64,000 bases of DNA, taken from the NCBI RefSeq assembly GCF_001447785.1, contig NW_015173707.1, forward strand, positions 6,110 to 70,109. The letters run 5' to 3'. A program made the translations under genes and the position numbers. The notes below the pieces were generated by a model. That model did not search any database. It was not told the origin of the DNA and saw only the letters and a list, made by a program, of their open reading frames with translations. How positions within the stretch are numbered: the stretch's first letter is position 1; each line of letters begins with the position of its first letter. The DNA is from Gekko japonicus. Taxonomy: Eukaryota. Positions 1 to 12,299 of the stretch are shown here, one piece after another.

Positions 1-40
1 CTGCAGTTCAGCGTCTTAACCACTTGAGCCACCGGAGCTC
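1..40 (-). mobile_element. 5' head of a Sauria SINE, truncated by the window edge
   Basis: Reverse complement ggagctccggtggctcaagtggttaagacgctgaactgcag matches the head of the copy at 13202. Confidence 0.8.
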
Positions 41-468
41 CTCCCTTCTGCTGTACTTGAAGGAAAATACAAGAATACTCCTTTCTCAGAAAGGCTTTGT
101 ACCTGCCCATTAAGGGAGGTTGAGACTACAGAGCACATGTTTTTTAGATGTCCGTATTATAAAGTGGCGCGTAATAAAATCATTCCGCTGACTGAACAAA
201 TTTTGGGTCTTTCCGAAAAAGCTAGACTCGAGTTTCTTCTATCTGATAGAAACCCCAAAATTACCCACCAAGTAGCCAGTTTCTGTATGGTGATACTCAG
301 ATCACAGAAATTCTAAGGTAGCTAGTTAGATATAGTTGTTTGAAATTAGATTAAATTTTAATTTGCTTTTAATGTGTCACTGATGTATCTTAAAATCTTG
401 GAATATTGTAAAGGTGTACTTCTTTTTGTATGACTGGTCTAAGGACTGTAGAAATAAATTGATTGGAT
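41..468 (+). mobile_element. 3' end of a 5'-truncated non-LTR retrotransposon (RTE-X-like C-terminal zinc knuckle)
   Basis: Open frame LPSAVLEGKYKNTPFSERLCTCPLREVETTEHMFFRCPYYKVARNK...QKF* (TAA at 314-316) with a CxC..H....C motif, then an AT-rich 3' UTR ending aataaattgattg. Confidence 0.6.
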
Positions 469-3400
469 GTCATCCAAAGGCCCCCCTGCTGCTCTGGCTG
501 GTTTCCTGCTCCAGATATATTTAATTTTTTAAAAAGGCCCTGAGCAAACTTTCTTTCCTTTTTTTTTAATCTGCTTGCCTAAAGATGCATCACCTTGCCT
601 ATCAGCCCATTCAGTGCATTCTTCCTATTGTGCTTTGATCTCAGCTTACACAGGTTACTGTCGACCTGCATGACAGATGGGAATGTGAGGGTTAGTGCTT
701 TCATGATTAAAGCCAACACCTTCTATTGTGCCAGGAAACCCCAGGCAGCCCCTGCACTTTTCTCAGCAGAGGTGTAACGTGGCCACTTCAGCTCACTTCC
801 GCTAGTAGGCATGTTAGTAGTAAAAATTTTGAAAAATCTTTAAAGGCTTCCTGGTGCAGAGTGGAGTCAACTACAGTGGCCCAGGCTGGAGCTTACAAAG
901 GTATGTATGACAGTTGTCAGGTCACCATTCTCTAGATGTGTTTACAGTTGGTGAAACAACCTAAGTCAATAAAGGGATTCTATCAGCAACACTAAATCTA
1001 GAAATACGCCAAAATTCATCTTTCAGATGCTATGCTGTCATCTAGCATAGAAAAGCCACAAAGTCCAAGATCAATTGAACTTTTCACATTAACATTTATG
1101 TCATTCTAAAAGAAGCATCCTATTATCCCCAGGAACACTAAACAAGATGATAGACTTGTATTCATAATCTGAATTTAGTGAAAGGCTGTATAAATTATCA
1201 AGATCTTAAAAGTCTTGGCCCATAATTCTGTTGATGGTTTCTGCTCAGGTTATAAATGTACATAATTGCTATCAATTCACCACCAACTTGTGGCAACCTC
1301 AGCCAAGTGGCTTTTAAGGCAAGTGAAAAACAGAGGGGTTTGCCATTGCTTTACTTTGCAGCGTCTTTCTTGGTGGTTTCCTATCCAAGTATTGACCCTG
1401 TTTAGCTTCCAAGATTGGGCTATATCATGCTGTCTTCCATCCATATCTGCTGAGGTTTGCAGAGCCCCAGATTTGGAGACAAATCTGAAATCTAAAAGAA
1501 AAAAAATGGGGTGTGTGTGTGGAGGGGTTACAAAGCACCAAAATAATAGAAGCAGTGCCTTTACCTTTAAGAAAGGAGATCTCAGTGGCCATTGTGGGGA
1601 TTGCTAGACAACTACAGAAGCACTGTCAGCCTTTAAACCTGGTTTCTATTAGTAAAAGGCAGGGGCAGGGCCTTTTTTCAGGACTATATTGGCCTCCCAG
1701 TACACCTCTGCTCTCCTCTTTCTTGCCATGGAGGAAGGACTCATTGGGGCAAGCCCAGCAGCAACCACTTGCTACTAGGGGTAGGCACGAACTGGGGGAA
1801 AATGGAGGTTTGTCGTCTGGGGTTTTCACGAATACCATTCAAGGACAATAATTTTATTCTACAAGAAGCCTAAATTCCAAGAGGTAGAATGCTTCCTGCT
1901 AGGCATTCTTTCCTAAACTAGAACTGAACTGTTACCCTGTACCATTTTGTACCCATAATAATAAAAACAGGGATATTTTAGATGGAGCTTACAGTCGATA
2001 AACTTATGTCTGTTTTTACAGAAGTCCCACTGACTCCAGTTGTATTTATTGCCAAGTAAATATACATATACCTGAATTAGAATTTAAATGTGAATATTTC
2101 ATGAGAGCAAATATGAGTAACATAAATTCATTGTTTTATTGTGCTGAGATTAAAACAATTTGTTTAACTTTAACTAAAAATGCAGTGGGTTGGATCCAGT
2201 GATCCATCCTCAGTGGACAGTCATGGATTTTCCAGTTTCCCCTCTCCACAGCAGTCGCAGGATTCACCTGAACTAATAGCTACATGGTTGGGAGGCTGCA
2301 GTGAGAAAGGTGAAGGGGATGAAATCACCCTTTCTGCCTCTTTCATCAACAGAGCCCCCCAAGTTCTCCCCCTTCGCCCTCTTCATCGCAGTCTATCAAC
2401 CAGTCTGGCTATTACTTAGTCCATGTGGGTTGCAACCGCAGGAATAAATTTTCCCGGGTTGAAAAGGACCGCTGCAGGGATGGAAAAGTGGAAGACACTC
2501 ACAATCCTTGTGCTGGATGTTACCCAATGGTATGACATACTGGGGATGAGCATGAGCTAGAACTGAGGCTGCGGTCACATGCGCCAGTTGGAGTGGAGGG
2601 GAAGCGAGGCTATTTCCTCCGGAGGAATTTGACACGCAGTTGCAAGATCACACATCCCTTTGTAGCTGTGGGCTCAGCCCATCACTGTGTGATCAGACGC
2701 AACTGCGGGTGAGTCAGGGTTTTTTTGGCCATTTGTTTCCCATGCGTATAAACGAGGAATCGCACCTCCGCACTGAGGGCCCCCGTGGAGTATGTGATGA
2801 TGCGCATAGTGAGAAGGGGGGGAAACAGTATCGAGCCAGGATGGAATGATCAGACCATCCCAACAGCATAAGTGCGTGCTTGTGCGATCAGACGGGAAAG
2901 TCTGTCTGTGGTCCGTCGGAACCTGTTAGAGCCGGACTTTCCCTGGTATCTTTTCACTCCGCTTCTGCGGCGGAGCAGCACGGGTTGCCGACAACAGTGG
3001 GATGCTTCCCAGGTGTTGCTGTCTGATCACGCCTTTTAGATCCGTCAGGCATTCGCACCTATGTCATATCTAAAGGTGTGTGTGATCACAGCCTGAGAGT
3101 CCCTAGTTCAAATCTTCATACAGCAATGGCTTACAGCATGTACTTAAATTCAGGAGGAGTAACCATGCATGTTCTTAAGGCAGAACTAGACATGTGGGCA
3201 AATGCATAGTCTCAGATCTGCAGAGATAATGGGGCTGTGGGGCACTTACAGGGAACTGTGATGGGAAGAACAAATACTTAACCAGTCCCATTCCCTGAAA
3301 ATCTTCCCTCAGGTGATTTTTACCCAGCTTCTACTTTTTGCACAACTTTGCATAGCTGCTTAGATGCTTCCAGTGATGGTGCTCCTAGTGTCGAAGTGCT

Positions 3401-3825
3401 TACCCGTTTTACAATGCTTTCAGTTAGCAGCGGGTGTGTATGCAGTATTATGCTAGTACAGTGATGCTGCATCCGACTGTAAACATTTTTTTGCAATCCA
3501 GTTCATAAGGGTAAGTGTGAGTATACATGGTATGCCTATTAGATGAAGTACAATCTTGTATTAATACTACTTTACCAAGATTTCATTGCATGATGAGAGT
3601 TTTTGCAAGTTGTTTGGTAAAATATTAGTACATTTCCTGCCCCAAAGTATATACATTTGAAGCCTTAGCTGTTGACTTGTTAGACTTTTAGCAAACTCCA
3701 GGATGTTTCTAATCTTTTTATATTCTGATGCTACATAAACCATCCTGGTGCTTCTTGGGTTTGACCCTAATTTAAGGATAAAACAAATGCTTATTGTGTT
3801 CTTTTCTACTTTGTGCTCCTTGCAG

Positions 3826-3938
3826 ACACCGAGGACATATTGTGCTTCTAATACAGAGGACTTGGAAGCTGTTATTCATCATGTACACAGCTTGTATTCC
3901 TCAGCTCCATTTATGGCAGCAGGTGTTTCTATGGGAGG
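3826..3938 (+). CDS. ABHD3: ABHD3 internal coding exon containing the nucleophile Ser motif
   Basis: ttgcag|ACACCG...ATGGGAGG|gtaagt, 113 nt, encoding TPRTYCASNTEDLEAVIHHVHSLYSSAPFMAAGVSMGG with the GxSxG motif of alpha/beta hydrolases. Confidence 0.95.
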
Positions 3939-5769
3939 GTAAGTAGTTATGTAACAGACATTCTGCTAGCGAAGATCTCCAGTTATTACGAATTTCCAAA
4001 AGCCGTAATGAAGGATTCTTCTTGTATACTGCAGACTCAGTGGAAAATGTACTGCCTTGTTTTGTGCCCTGGTTGTACATTTTCCTGCAACAATAAGAGG
4101 TATACAGTAGGCACAATTTGTTTTAAATTGTTCTGGGACAGGTGGCTCTTCTCCACAATCACTTGTATTTACCATTAATCGTAAGCAAGTTTTTGTGTTG
4201 CAGCCTGTTGAAGTGATCTAATACCTGCAATAAATGACTTTTGTTGGCAGAAGGTAGTTGAGGCTGAAAATGGGAGTCAGTTTAAATTGCAGCCCTCCAA
4301 CTGACGTGAAGTGCCATTGAGGGACATCCTGACCACCATTTTACGATCAGATTATCACAAAGCATCAGGTCAACCACATTGCAGGATTCTGACAGGAGAG
4401 ACTCTTATCTTAGTTTTTTGAATTAATTTTGTAGTAACAGTTGGTCTGCCAACTGTTTTCATAGGTTATAAGACTATGAGGGAGAGCTGTTTAGCTTTGT
4501 TTGTTAGTGAAGATGATCTACTGTCTGTTACTGTTTCCTTTATATTCTTTTGGGGGTTTGATATTGGAGCTGTGATTAAGAGACTTCCAAGGTACACACA
4601 GGTGCAAAAGCAATTTTTTTTTGTTTGATTTGGGGGGGAAATGTAAAAAGAAATAACAGCAGCAACCTTCTGTCTATCCACATTGGTCCTTGAACCAGCA
4701 AAACAGTATTTCACTTTCTCCTCTATTCATCTCGTCCTTATTGTATATATTGAATGGAACACATTCGTCCCTAACCATTTTTCATCTCTTCCTACCAGAG
4801 CTGTGCTACTATTCCTATATTCATTTTCACAACCATTTCATATATTACGAAGAGGTAAAATACAAGTTTGCTCAATTCAGTTTCCATTTTCCAGCATCCT
4901 AAGTGTGCACCTGAAACTTCAATGGGTGAAGTGCCCTCCAGAGGGGTGGAGGATAAAAGGTGCCACTTCATACAATGATATGACATATTTACTGAAGGAG
5001 CAAAGACTCGATCCATGTGATCATTTAATGGATTGCAAGTTGCAAGGTTATTAATGTCCAGAGGCTGTGGCTTCATGTACCTTAGGATATGCCAGTAACA
5101 AAAAAAAAATGGCACTGTATCAAAGAACATGATGTTATCCTGTGTCAGGGGCCTGAGCAAACCCCAGGTTCCTCAACTCTGAGGGTAGCCAGGGACCCAC
5201 CCTCTGTGTCCATGAGCCAAAGCAGCAACACATGTGGTGCCTTTCAGGCAAAGCCCACTGCTTCCCTGCTTGAGAGGGACTGGCCCTTTAACAGCCTACT
5301 GCGTGAGGAGCAGCTGGGATACAACCCTGAGGGGTGGGGAAACAAGGAGATGAGTTGCAGCTAGGATGTAGGGGTGACAACAGCTTCTTGCAGCAACTGC
5401 TCAGATCCCATGGAAGTTCCAGAGGGGTGGAGCCTCCAAAGATGTTGGCCCCACGATGAGCCAGGCCCTTCATAAGGCAGAGGAAGTAGGACAGGGAGGG
5501 CACACTATTGTTTCTGAGGCTGACGGGAGCAGGGTCAGGAGAGAGGTGAAGAACCTGGGTAATGGGAAAACTCCTTTCCTCTCAGTCCGAGGCCTGTAGG
5601 TGGCTACACAAGTGCTCCCTGCTGTTAAGGGACTGCCAGACTTCAGCAGGTCTTCTACACCCTGACTCTGCCATGGATTCTAGTCTCATAGGGTTGAGGT
5701 GCCACAGAAATATGCACCGATAAGCATGATGAAACATAATCTGAATCAATTGTTTTATCTTATTTGCAG

Positions 5770-5932
5770 CATGCTTCTTGTCAACTATTTGGGTAGCATT
5801 GGCACAGAAACACCACTGAATGCAGACAGCAGGATGGAATGATTTTGATTGTGTAGACTCACTGGAAAAACCTGTGAACTGGCTTCTCTTTAATTATTAT
5901 TTAACTAGCTGTCTACAGTCTTCAGTGATTAG
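5770..5932 (+). CDS. ABHD3: ABHD3 coding exon with an apparent 11-nt frameshifting deletion and in-frame TGA at 5840-5842
   Basis: ttgcag|C ATG CTT CTT GTC AAC TAT... encodes MLLVNYLGSIGTETPL. The conserved GWNDFDCVDSLEKPVNWLLFNYYLTSCLQSSV continues in another frame. The exon ends AG|gtgagt and is 163 nt between two phase-2 introns. Confidence 0.88.
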
Positions 5933-6600
5933 GTGAGTCAACCTCACATCAGGTTTAAAAGATCACAGCATGTTAGGATAAACAGCAAGTCTCTTGTAAT
6001 AAATGTTAAGGATGACCTGATTAAGTGAATAACCTTCCTTTGATGTTTGTAATACAGAAGTACCTGGCATAAAAATGTGTCGCATTTGATGGGCTTCTTT
6101 CAGTCTAAGTACAATGTATGCATTTGGTCAACCAGCATACACTATCAAGGGCTTCAACGTATAAATTGTGCATTCTTAAATAACAGCCTTCTCTTTCTTT
6201 GTGACCAAAAGTAAGATAATAGTTATAAGCATGAGCCATGGGCCAGACAGTGTCTTATAGCTACCTATAAGTTTGGGAAGCTTGGTGTCTACTTACCATA
6301 GTCAAAGCTGGCTGCAAGCCACATGAACATCCTTCCATATGTGTGGAAGCAGACATCACAGAGATCAGCCTGAGTTTAACCACATAAGTAAAGCCCTCAT
6401 TTTGGCTTTGCTCACCTGGTTACACTCAAGCTGACCTACCTGGTGCAACTTCACACATGGCTGTGTGCAGATGCCTCCATCTTTCAGGTTAATATGACCT
6501 GGGTTATAATCAGTTGTTTTATTCAAAGCGTGTATTTTTTATTATCTTTGTGGTATTCTGATCCAGTTTTAAGACTGCCCCCTTCTTTCATTTTTTATAG

Positions 6601-6649
6601 ACATCGGGAAATGTTTGAAAAGCTATTTAATATGAACCTTGTCATGAAG
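6601..6649 (+). CDS. ABHD3: ABHD3 coding exon
   Basis: ttatag|A CAT CGG GAA ATG...ATG AAG|gtatga, 49 nt, HREMFEKLFNMNLVMK. Confidence 0.92.
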
Positions 6650-6739
6650 GTATGAGAACTAACTGCATGTTTTGTATTTCATTTGCATTTTGTATTTTGG
6701 TTTTACTAGCTCTTACGGAAATTATTGTCTTGCATTCAG

Positions 6740-6905
6740 GCTAAGACCATCAGGGAATTTGATAAACAATTCACTTCTGTCATGTTTGGCTATCCTACAA
6801 TTGATGATTACTATTCAGATGCTAGTCCATTCCGTAGACTGAAGACAGTTGGAATTCCAGTGTTGTGCTTAAATTCGATGGATGACGTTTTCTCACCAAA
6901 TCATG
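6740..6905 (+). CDS. ABHD3: ABHD3 coding exon (catalytic Asp region)
   Basis: attcag|GCTAAG...CATG|gtaagg, 166 nt, AKTIREFDKQFTSVMFGYPTIDDYYSDASP...IPVLCLNSMDDVFSPNH. Confidence 0.95.
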
Positions 6906-8126
6906 GTAAGGCTTTTCCCCCTCCCATAATGTTTAAATACAAAAGTAGACAGCAGACATTTTGCTGTGAGACTGGAAGGACATGGTCTCTGAGGTTGTAG
7001 GTAAGAGCCTGCATGTAGGTCCAGCTCCAAATTTTGAGAGGATCTAGACAAGGTGACTTCCAGTGCTCGCTTATAAACATACCACCATGTCTCATTCTCT
7101 CTCAATCCATCTGCCTTCTTCACATACACCAATACCACCCTCCTCCGTCTACCTAGTTCCCTGGAGTTGGTGAAGCTAAAGGGAGGCAGAGAATCACTGT
7201 TTCATTCCTTCTCCGTGATCAAAGAATGACCAAGACTCTCAGAAATGTGTTAGGTTTCCCATTTTCTAAAGGGAGAGAGATCTAGTGGGAGGCGAGGAAT
7301 TGTAATGCAGCTCCTGCAGGTGAATATGGCTGTTTTGCTGCAGTCCCTTAACATCCCTTTGATCAGAAAATGCAGGACTATTTCAGAGGCTGAGTCCTGT
7401 GACATCACGGTCTCCTGGTAGGGGGAGTGACTGGAAGAGAATGAAATGCAGTTCTCATATGACTGAACTGTTGCTGCTCCTGTCAGAAAAGAGAGGCCCT
7501 TGCAATATCAAAGGGGCACCTGGGGCAAACTCCCATCCCTTAATGGACAAAGTATTACAGTTCAGTGCCAGGCCACCTGTTGGGCCTTGGGCTTCAGCAT
7601 GTGTCCTATCATGCCAGCCTCAATATTTGTCTTGCATACATGTATCCAAAAGAACTTTCCCCTTCACTTGCCACATAAACGTTGCCTTAGTGACATTTCA
7701 TGTTTGTTTAAGCAACTTTATGTTTGTTTAAGCAACTTCAACCCTTCCTGGAAAGTGGCAGAAGCCACTTCACTAAAAGAATATTTTGTCATATCTTTGA
7801 GTAATAGAAAATGAAAGAATCAGACATCTTGCAAGTCTGTAAAAGGTTGAGAACCAATATTGCATTAAAGTGCAGTGTAAATAAATGTAAATAGTTTAAA
7901 ATGTAACAGGTATTATACCCATAACCCTCTACAGCATGCTTAGGCAACTTTTTGACCCAAGGGCCAAAAGAATGGTGAGCTGGCAAATAAAATTTCAAGA
8001 ACTCTCTTAATAAAGCAGCATTCTGTACATATATTGCAGTTAGCTTTCACTAAGTTACAGGAAGCCTAATAATTCTGAGAGAGAACAACATTGGGAATGG
8101 CGACTTATACTTTCCTCTCCTTTTAG

Positions 8127-8305
8127 CCCTACCAGTGGAAATGGCGAAACAAAATCCAAACGTGGCTTTGGTTCTTACTTCCTGTGGAGGCCATATTGGT
8201 TTTCTGGAAGGATTGTGGCCAAGAAAATGCACGTACATGGACAGAGTCTTCAAGCAGTTTGTTCAAGCTGTGTTTGAGCATGGAAGCAAAATCCTTAATA
8301 TGTAG
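8127..8305 (+). CDS. ABHD3: ABHD3 last coding exon (catalytic His)
   Basis: ttttag|CC CTA CCA GTG..., LPVEMAKQNPNVALVLTSCGGHIGFLEGLWPRKCTYMDRVFKQFVQAVFEHGSKILNM*, with TAG at 8303-8305. Confidence 0.95.
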
Positions 8306-8931
8306 CAACTTAGCAGGACCATGATTGCACCACAGTAGCATTTTATGATCAGGGTATATAAACTTACTGCACACGATTCAGCAAATAAGCCTGCAAAATG
8401 GATGAAATCCATGATTATGAGCAAAAAGCATAGTTTTGCTTAGGTACTTTGCAATAATATTACTTTTGTATGTTTGCTTTAATATGCCTTATATAAATGA
8501 TATTAAATGAAAAGAGCACTTTGCACACATGAAATTGCACTTAACCAAAAAACATTAAGTAAACAGATGATTTCTCAGGTTTGTTTAAAAAAATAGACAA
8601 TTCAGAATTTAGGAATTTGTTCTGATGACTTGTTCATGTGCACTTAACATTAAAAAATGTAACTCACATATGGGTTTACTTTCGAGGGAAATGAGGAAAT
8701 GCAATAGAAACTTTTAAAAGTAATATAAAATAGTGGTTTAAAAGCCATTTTTAACTTTACTCATGGACTGCAATAGGATTGCTGACTGCACTTATTATAC
8801 CCTATGAGGATAATTCCAGTTTTGTTAATTTTGTCAAAGCCATATATATATGTCTTAATTTTTTAACATTGTTGCTTGTCATATAGTATTTATATTTCTA
8901 CCAGCTGTTTTATGTTGAAACACAGAAGGGA

Positions 8932-8937
8932 AATAAA
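8932..8937 (+). terminator. ABHD3: Probable ABHD3 polyadenylation signal
   Basis: AATAAA about 630 nt after the stop codon, followed by a T/GT-rich tract (tgtggcttggtctttctgtgtgt). Confidence 0.6.
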
Positions 8938-9162
8938 CTACATTTTAAAACCATCTTTCATTTAATCTTTGCATGTGGCTTGGTCTTTCTGTGTGTATTT
9001 CTATTTCATATAAAGAAAATGTTGCTTTTCATTAGATAGTTGTCAACAGGAACATTTAACTTCATGGTAAAACTGAAATGCTTTGAATAATACCATTGGA
9101 ATATCTGCAGTCTTACTCCCTATACAGCTGGAAATGGAACTACCTTTGCAGTGTTTTCAGTA

Positions 9163-9280
9163 TAGAATCATAGAGTTGGAAGGTACCTCCAGGGTCATCT
9201 AGTCCAACCCCCTGCACAATGTAGGAAATACCCCCCATACACACCCAGTGACCCTTGCTCCATGCCTAGAGGATGGCAAA
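9163..9280 (-). mobile_element. CR1 LINE 3'-end fragment
   Basis: tagaatcatagagttggaaggtacctccagggtcatctagtccaacc is the reverse complement of a CR1 (ATTCTATG)n tail and matches the copy near 47270. Confidence 0.75.
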
Positions 9281-9639
9281 TATATATATATTGTTTTTAA
9301 AATGCACATCTTTACTATTTCAACAGATTTTGAATAAATCCTTCAATAATTACCTCAAGAATCATCAAGGAACTAAAAGTGTTCTTTCTTCTCCTGTGTT
9401 CTTCCCTAATATCTAAGGCTGTTTGGGAGTAAGGAATGAGGTTTGCTTAGAATTGCTCCCTATGTGTGTCATGTTTTTAGAGTGCTTTTGAAATTCAATA
9501 TAAGCCAGACTGAGCTGGACTGTATTCTTAGCAGAGGTTCTCCCACCTAAAACGAATTCAGCAACAGGATTTAGCCTTGGAATGCACCTAACATAACTCA
9601 TGGGGTTGTAGCAAAGGTAAACCAGTAGGGCAGGATAAA

Positions 9640-9800
9640 GAGGAGGAGGAGGAGGAGATTGGATTTATACCCCGCCCTTCACTTGGAGTCTCAGAGCGGC
9701 TTACAAACTCCTTTCCCTTCCCCTCCCCACAACAGACACCCTGTGAGGTGGGTGGGGCTGAGAGAACTCTGACACAAACTGCTCTTTTTCAAGGACAGCT
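9640..9800 (-). mobile_element. Squam3-like SINE, 3' portion
   Basis: ggatttataccccgcccttcac...ctcctttcccttcccctccccacaacagacaccctgtgaggt is nearly identical to the copy at 53445-53720. Confidence 0.75.
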
Positions 9801-10474
9801 GTGATAGCAATGAAATATGTGAAGTAATCATAATTAAGAATACCTTTTAACATGTAAACCGAACCCTCTACCACACATATGGATTTAGGAAAAGGATTGC
9901 CTCGTGTAGCTGTCAGGTAAGCTTGCATGTAAAACCTCAGTTTCAGACATCGTGTCAACAACCATCTAGAAAAGAGGTATTTCCTGCAAAATGTCATATA
10001 CAAATAATATATAAATAATTGGGTTTGTATTTTTAAGTGGGATTAATGTATCGTGAAATGTCCTAATTCTCTATAGAAAATAAAATATACAGACAAAACT
10101 GGATATTCATGTAGTGTTTTGAAGTTTCTAAAATGAATTATAAATAATTGGATTTTTAAAAAATAGTGAACTTGCAGCTGCTGGAAGTGTCCATTCTGCC
10201 AAAACAGATTGTGCCTTCATGAAAAGTGCTTTGGAAGCAAATCCTTAAAAACAGAGTTGGATATAACTATTACCAAGAACACTCGAGAGAGAGAAATACC
10301 TCTAATATGGGATATCTCAAAATGTAGGTTACACAACTGAGTTATAAAACCAATATCTGATTCTAACAGGTTTCAGATGCAGGTTGCAAGTCTGTGTACA
10401 CCTTAAAAGATCTGCTTATATCTGAACAGAAAACCACTGTAGAGTTCTGCTGTAACATGTGCTTGTAGCCTGTG

Positions 10475-10578
10475 CTATGCATGTCCCCCCCCCCCAAGTA
10501 AGTGCCAGGGTCATGCCACATGAAAACCCTGCACTGTGCATGCCCCCCCCCCAGAAGTGCCAGGGTCATGCCACATGA
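10475..10578. repeat. Two-unit tandem repeat (~55 bp)
   Basis: tgcatg-poly(C)-aagtgccagggtcatgccacatga occurs twice. Confidence 0.8.
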
Positions 10579-12019
10579 GGACCATTTTTGCACTGCTGAA
10601 GGTGCAAGAGGAATCACAACGAATGAAAAACTTACTGTATGTCATCTCAGAAATAAATTTCCTCCAGTAGAGATCCTGCCCTCCTGCCTTTTTTCCCTTT
10701 GCAGCTTTGTTGTATCCTAATTCATTACTTCCATCTCCTGGCTGGCTGGCCATTTGTCTTGTGGCATTTAAGAATAAATGGTTAATTATCCACCTGGGGG
10801 GAGAGCTTAAGAAATGTTTAATTGTGCAAAATTCTAAAAAAAAACCTCCATAAAACCCAACTATTTATATGGTTACCAACTTGCCCGTGGATTTTGGGAA
10901 TTGTGGAATAATATCTCCAGACTCAGAGGTCGGTTCCCCTGCAGGAAATGTCAGCTTTGGAAGGCTGAATCTATAGTATCACATTTAATACTAGAAACTC
11001 GGGCAAAAGTCTTTGTGAGTTTTCAAATATTTCCCGGTAGGAAGATTAATTCAAAAACAATGAACGAGAGCAACTAACTGACGTCTGTTTTCCGCACTGC
11101 ACGGAGATCTTCGCTTTTTCTGCGTTTTACTCCTCGGAGGCCACCAGGGGCCATTACAACCCTGGAAGAACCAACAAGTAGCAAGGATAAGTTGCCGATG
11201 CAGGAAATACATACAAAATACGTCGCCGGAAGCTCCGAAGGGGAGGAACTGACTCCCACAAACATGACAGTTCAGGCGTCACCTGCCCTCGCTATGTGGG
11301 GTGGGAGGGAAACTGGTCCTCTGCTAAGAGGTATAAAAAACAAGCAGACCTCACGTCCGGTTCCCAACTGCAGTTCTTAAATTAGCCACAGTAACTGTAC
11401 AGATGTCTGCAGAGAACCCCAGATAAGTCCACAGAGGTGTAGTAGTGCTTTGAAACCGTCATGCCTCCATACCCCCGCTACCGTCCTAATGCTTGCTGGA
11501 GGAGCCTGCTGTCAAAACGGAGCTCTGTAATTTCCAAATGAAATGGTTGGACTTTAGAGAGCATTGCCAGAAAAAAAAAAGATGGAGAATTTAAATTTTT
11601 AAAATGGAACTTGTTGTCTGACTTAATTCCCAGTACTGTTATTTCCTCCAATAGACCAACACCTTCTAAAATTCATTTGGGTTTGCTTTTTCTCCTCCAT
11701 TTACTGGTGTTATCATTTTCTTGGACTAGCCCATTGAACGTTAATTAGATTTCATAAAAGAGCAATCCTAAACTCGTCTACCCAGAGAATCATACTCAGA
11801 TCACTTTTTAGTGGGGCTTATTCTAAGAAAAATATTTTTAGGGTTGCCCTATAAATCTGGGGCGCTCATTACACGCTAAGCAATTGTTTGCTTGTTTCCC
11901 ACCGCTCCATCCCGTGTGCATGAGAAAAACACACTGGCGCTTCATCCCCTGTCCTGAATCCAACCTACTTTGGTCTCGGTGCATCACAGCATCTGAGTTC
12001 CAGCTATCTCCATGAAGGA

Positions 12020-12195
12020 GGGGAAAGGTGGCCATTGTTAGCTCTACCAGGCCCTCATGTTTTAGAGCAGACTTGGGTGCTTTGTCCCCAATTTTCTTCC
12101 TTCCCTGCGGGGAAAGGGGGCCATTGTTAGCTCTACCGGGCCCTCATGTTTTAGAACATACTTGGGTGCTTTGCCCCCAATTTTCTTCCTTCCCC
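12020..12195. repeat. Two-unit tandem duplication (~89 bp)
   Basis: ggggaaagg.ggccattgttagctctacc.ggccctcatgttttaga...ccccaattttcttccttccc occurs twice with few mismatches. Confidence 0.9.
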
Positions 12196-12299
12196 ACATA
12201 GCTTGGCTTCCATGCTTTTGGGATGCTTTCAAACAGTTCAGCTAAAGAGGGCCTGGACTACTGCTACAGAAGAAGACCTAAGGAAATGCAACATCTCCA

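Noticed and set aside
2420-3095. CpG-rich block in an ABHD3 intron as an internal promoter
   Set aside because: Recurrent gatcagac/gatcacac motifs suggest a young non-autonomous DNA transposon. I could not define both TIRs and saw no promoter evidence.
5142-5706. TG..CA-bounded GC-richer block that might be a solo LTR
   Set aside because: No matching TSD at the candidate ends; probably a repeat, but its class cannot be supported.
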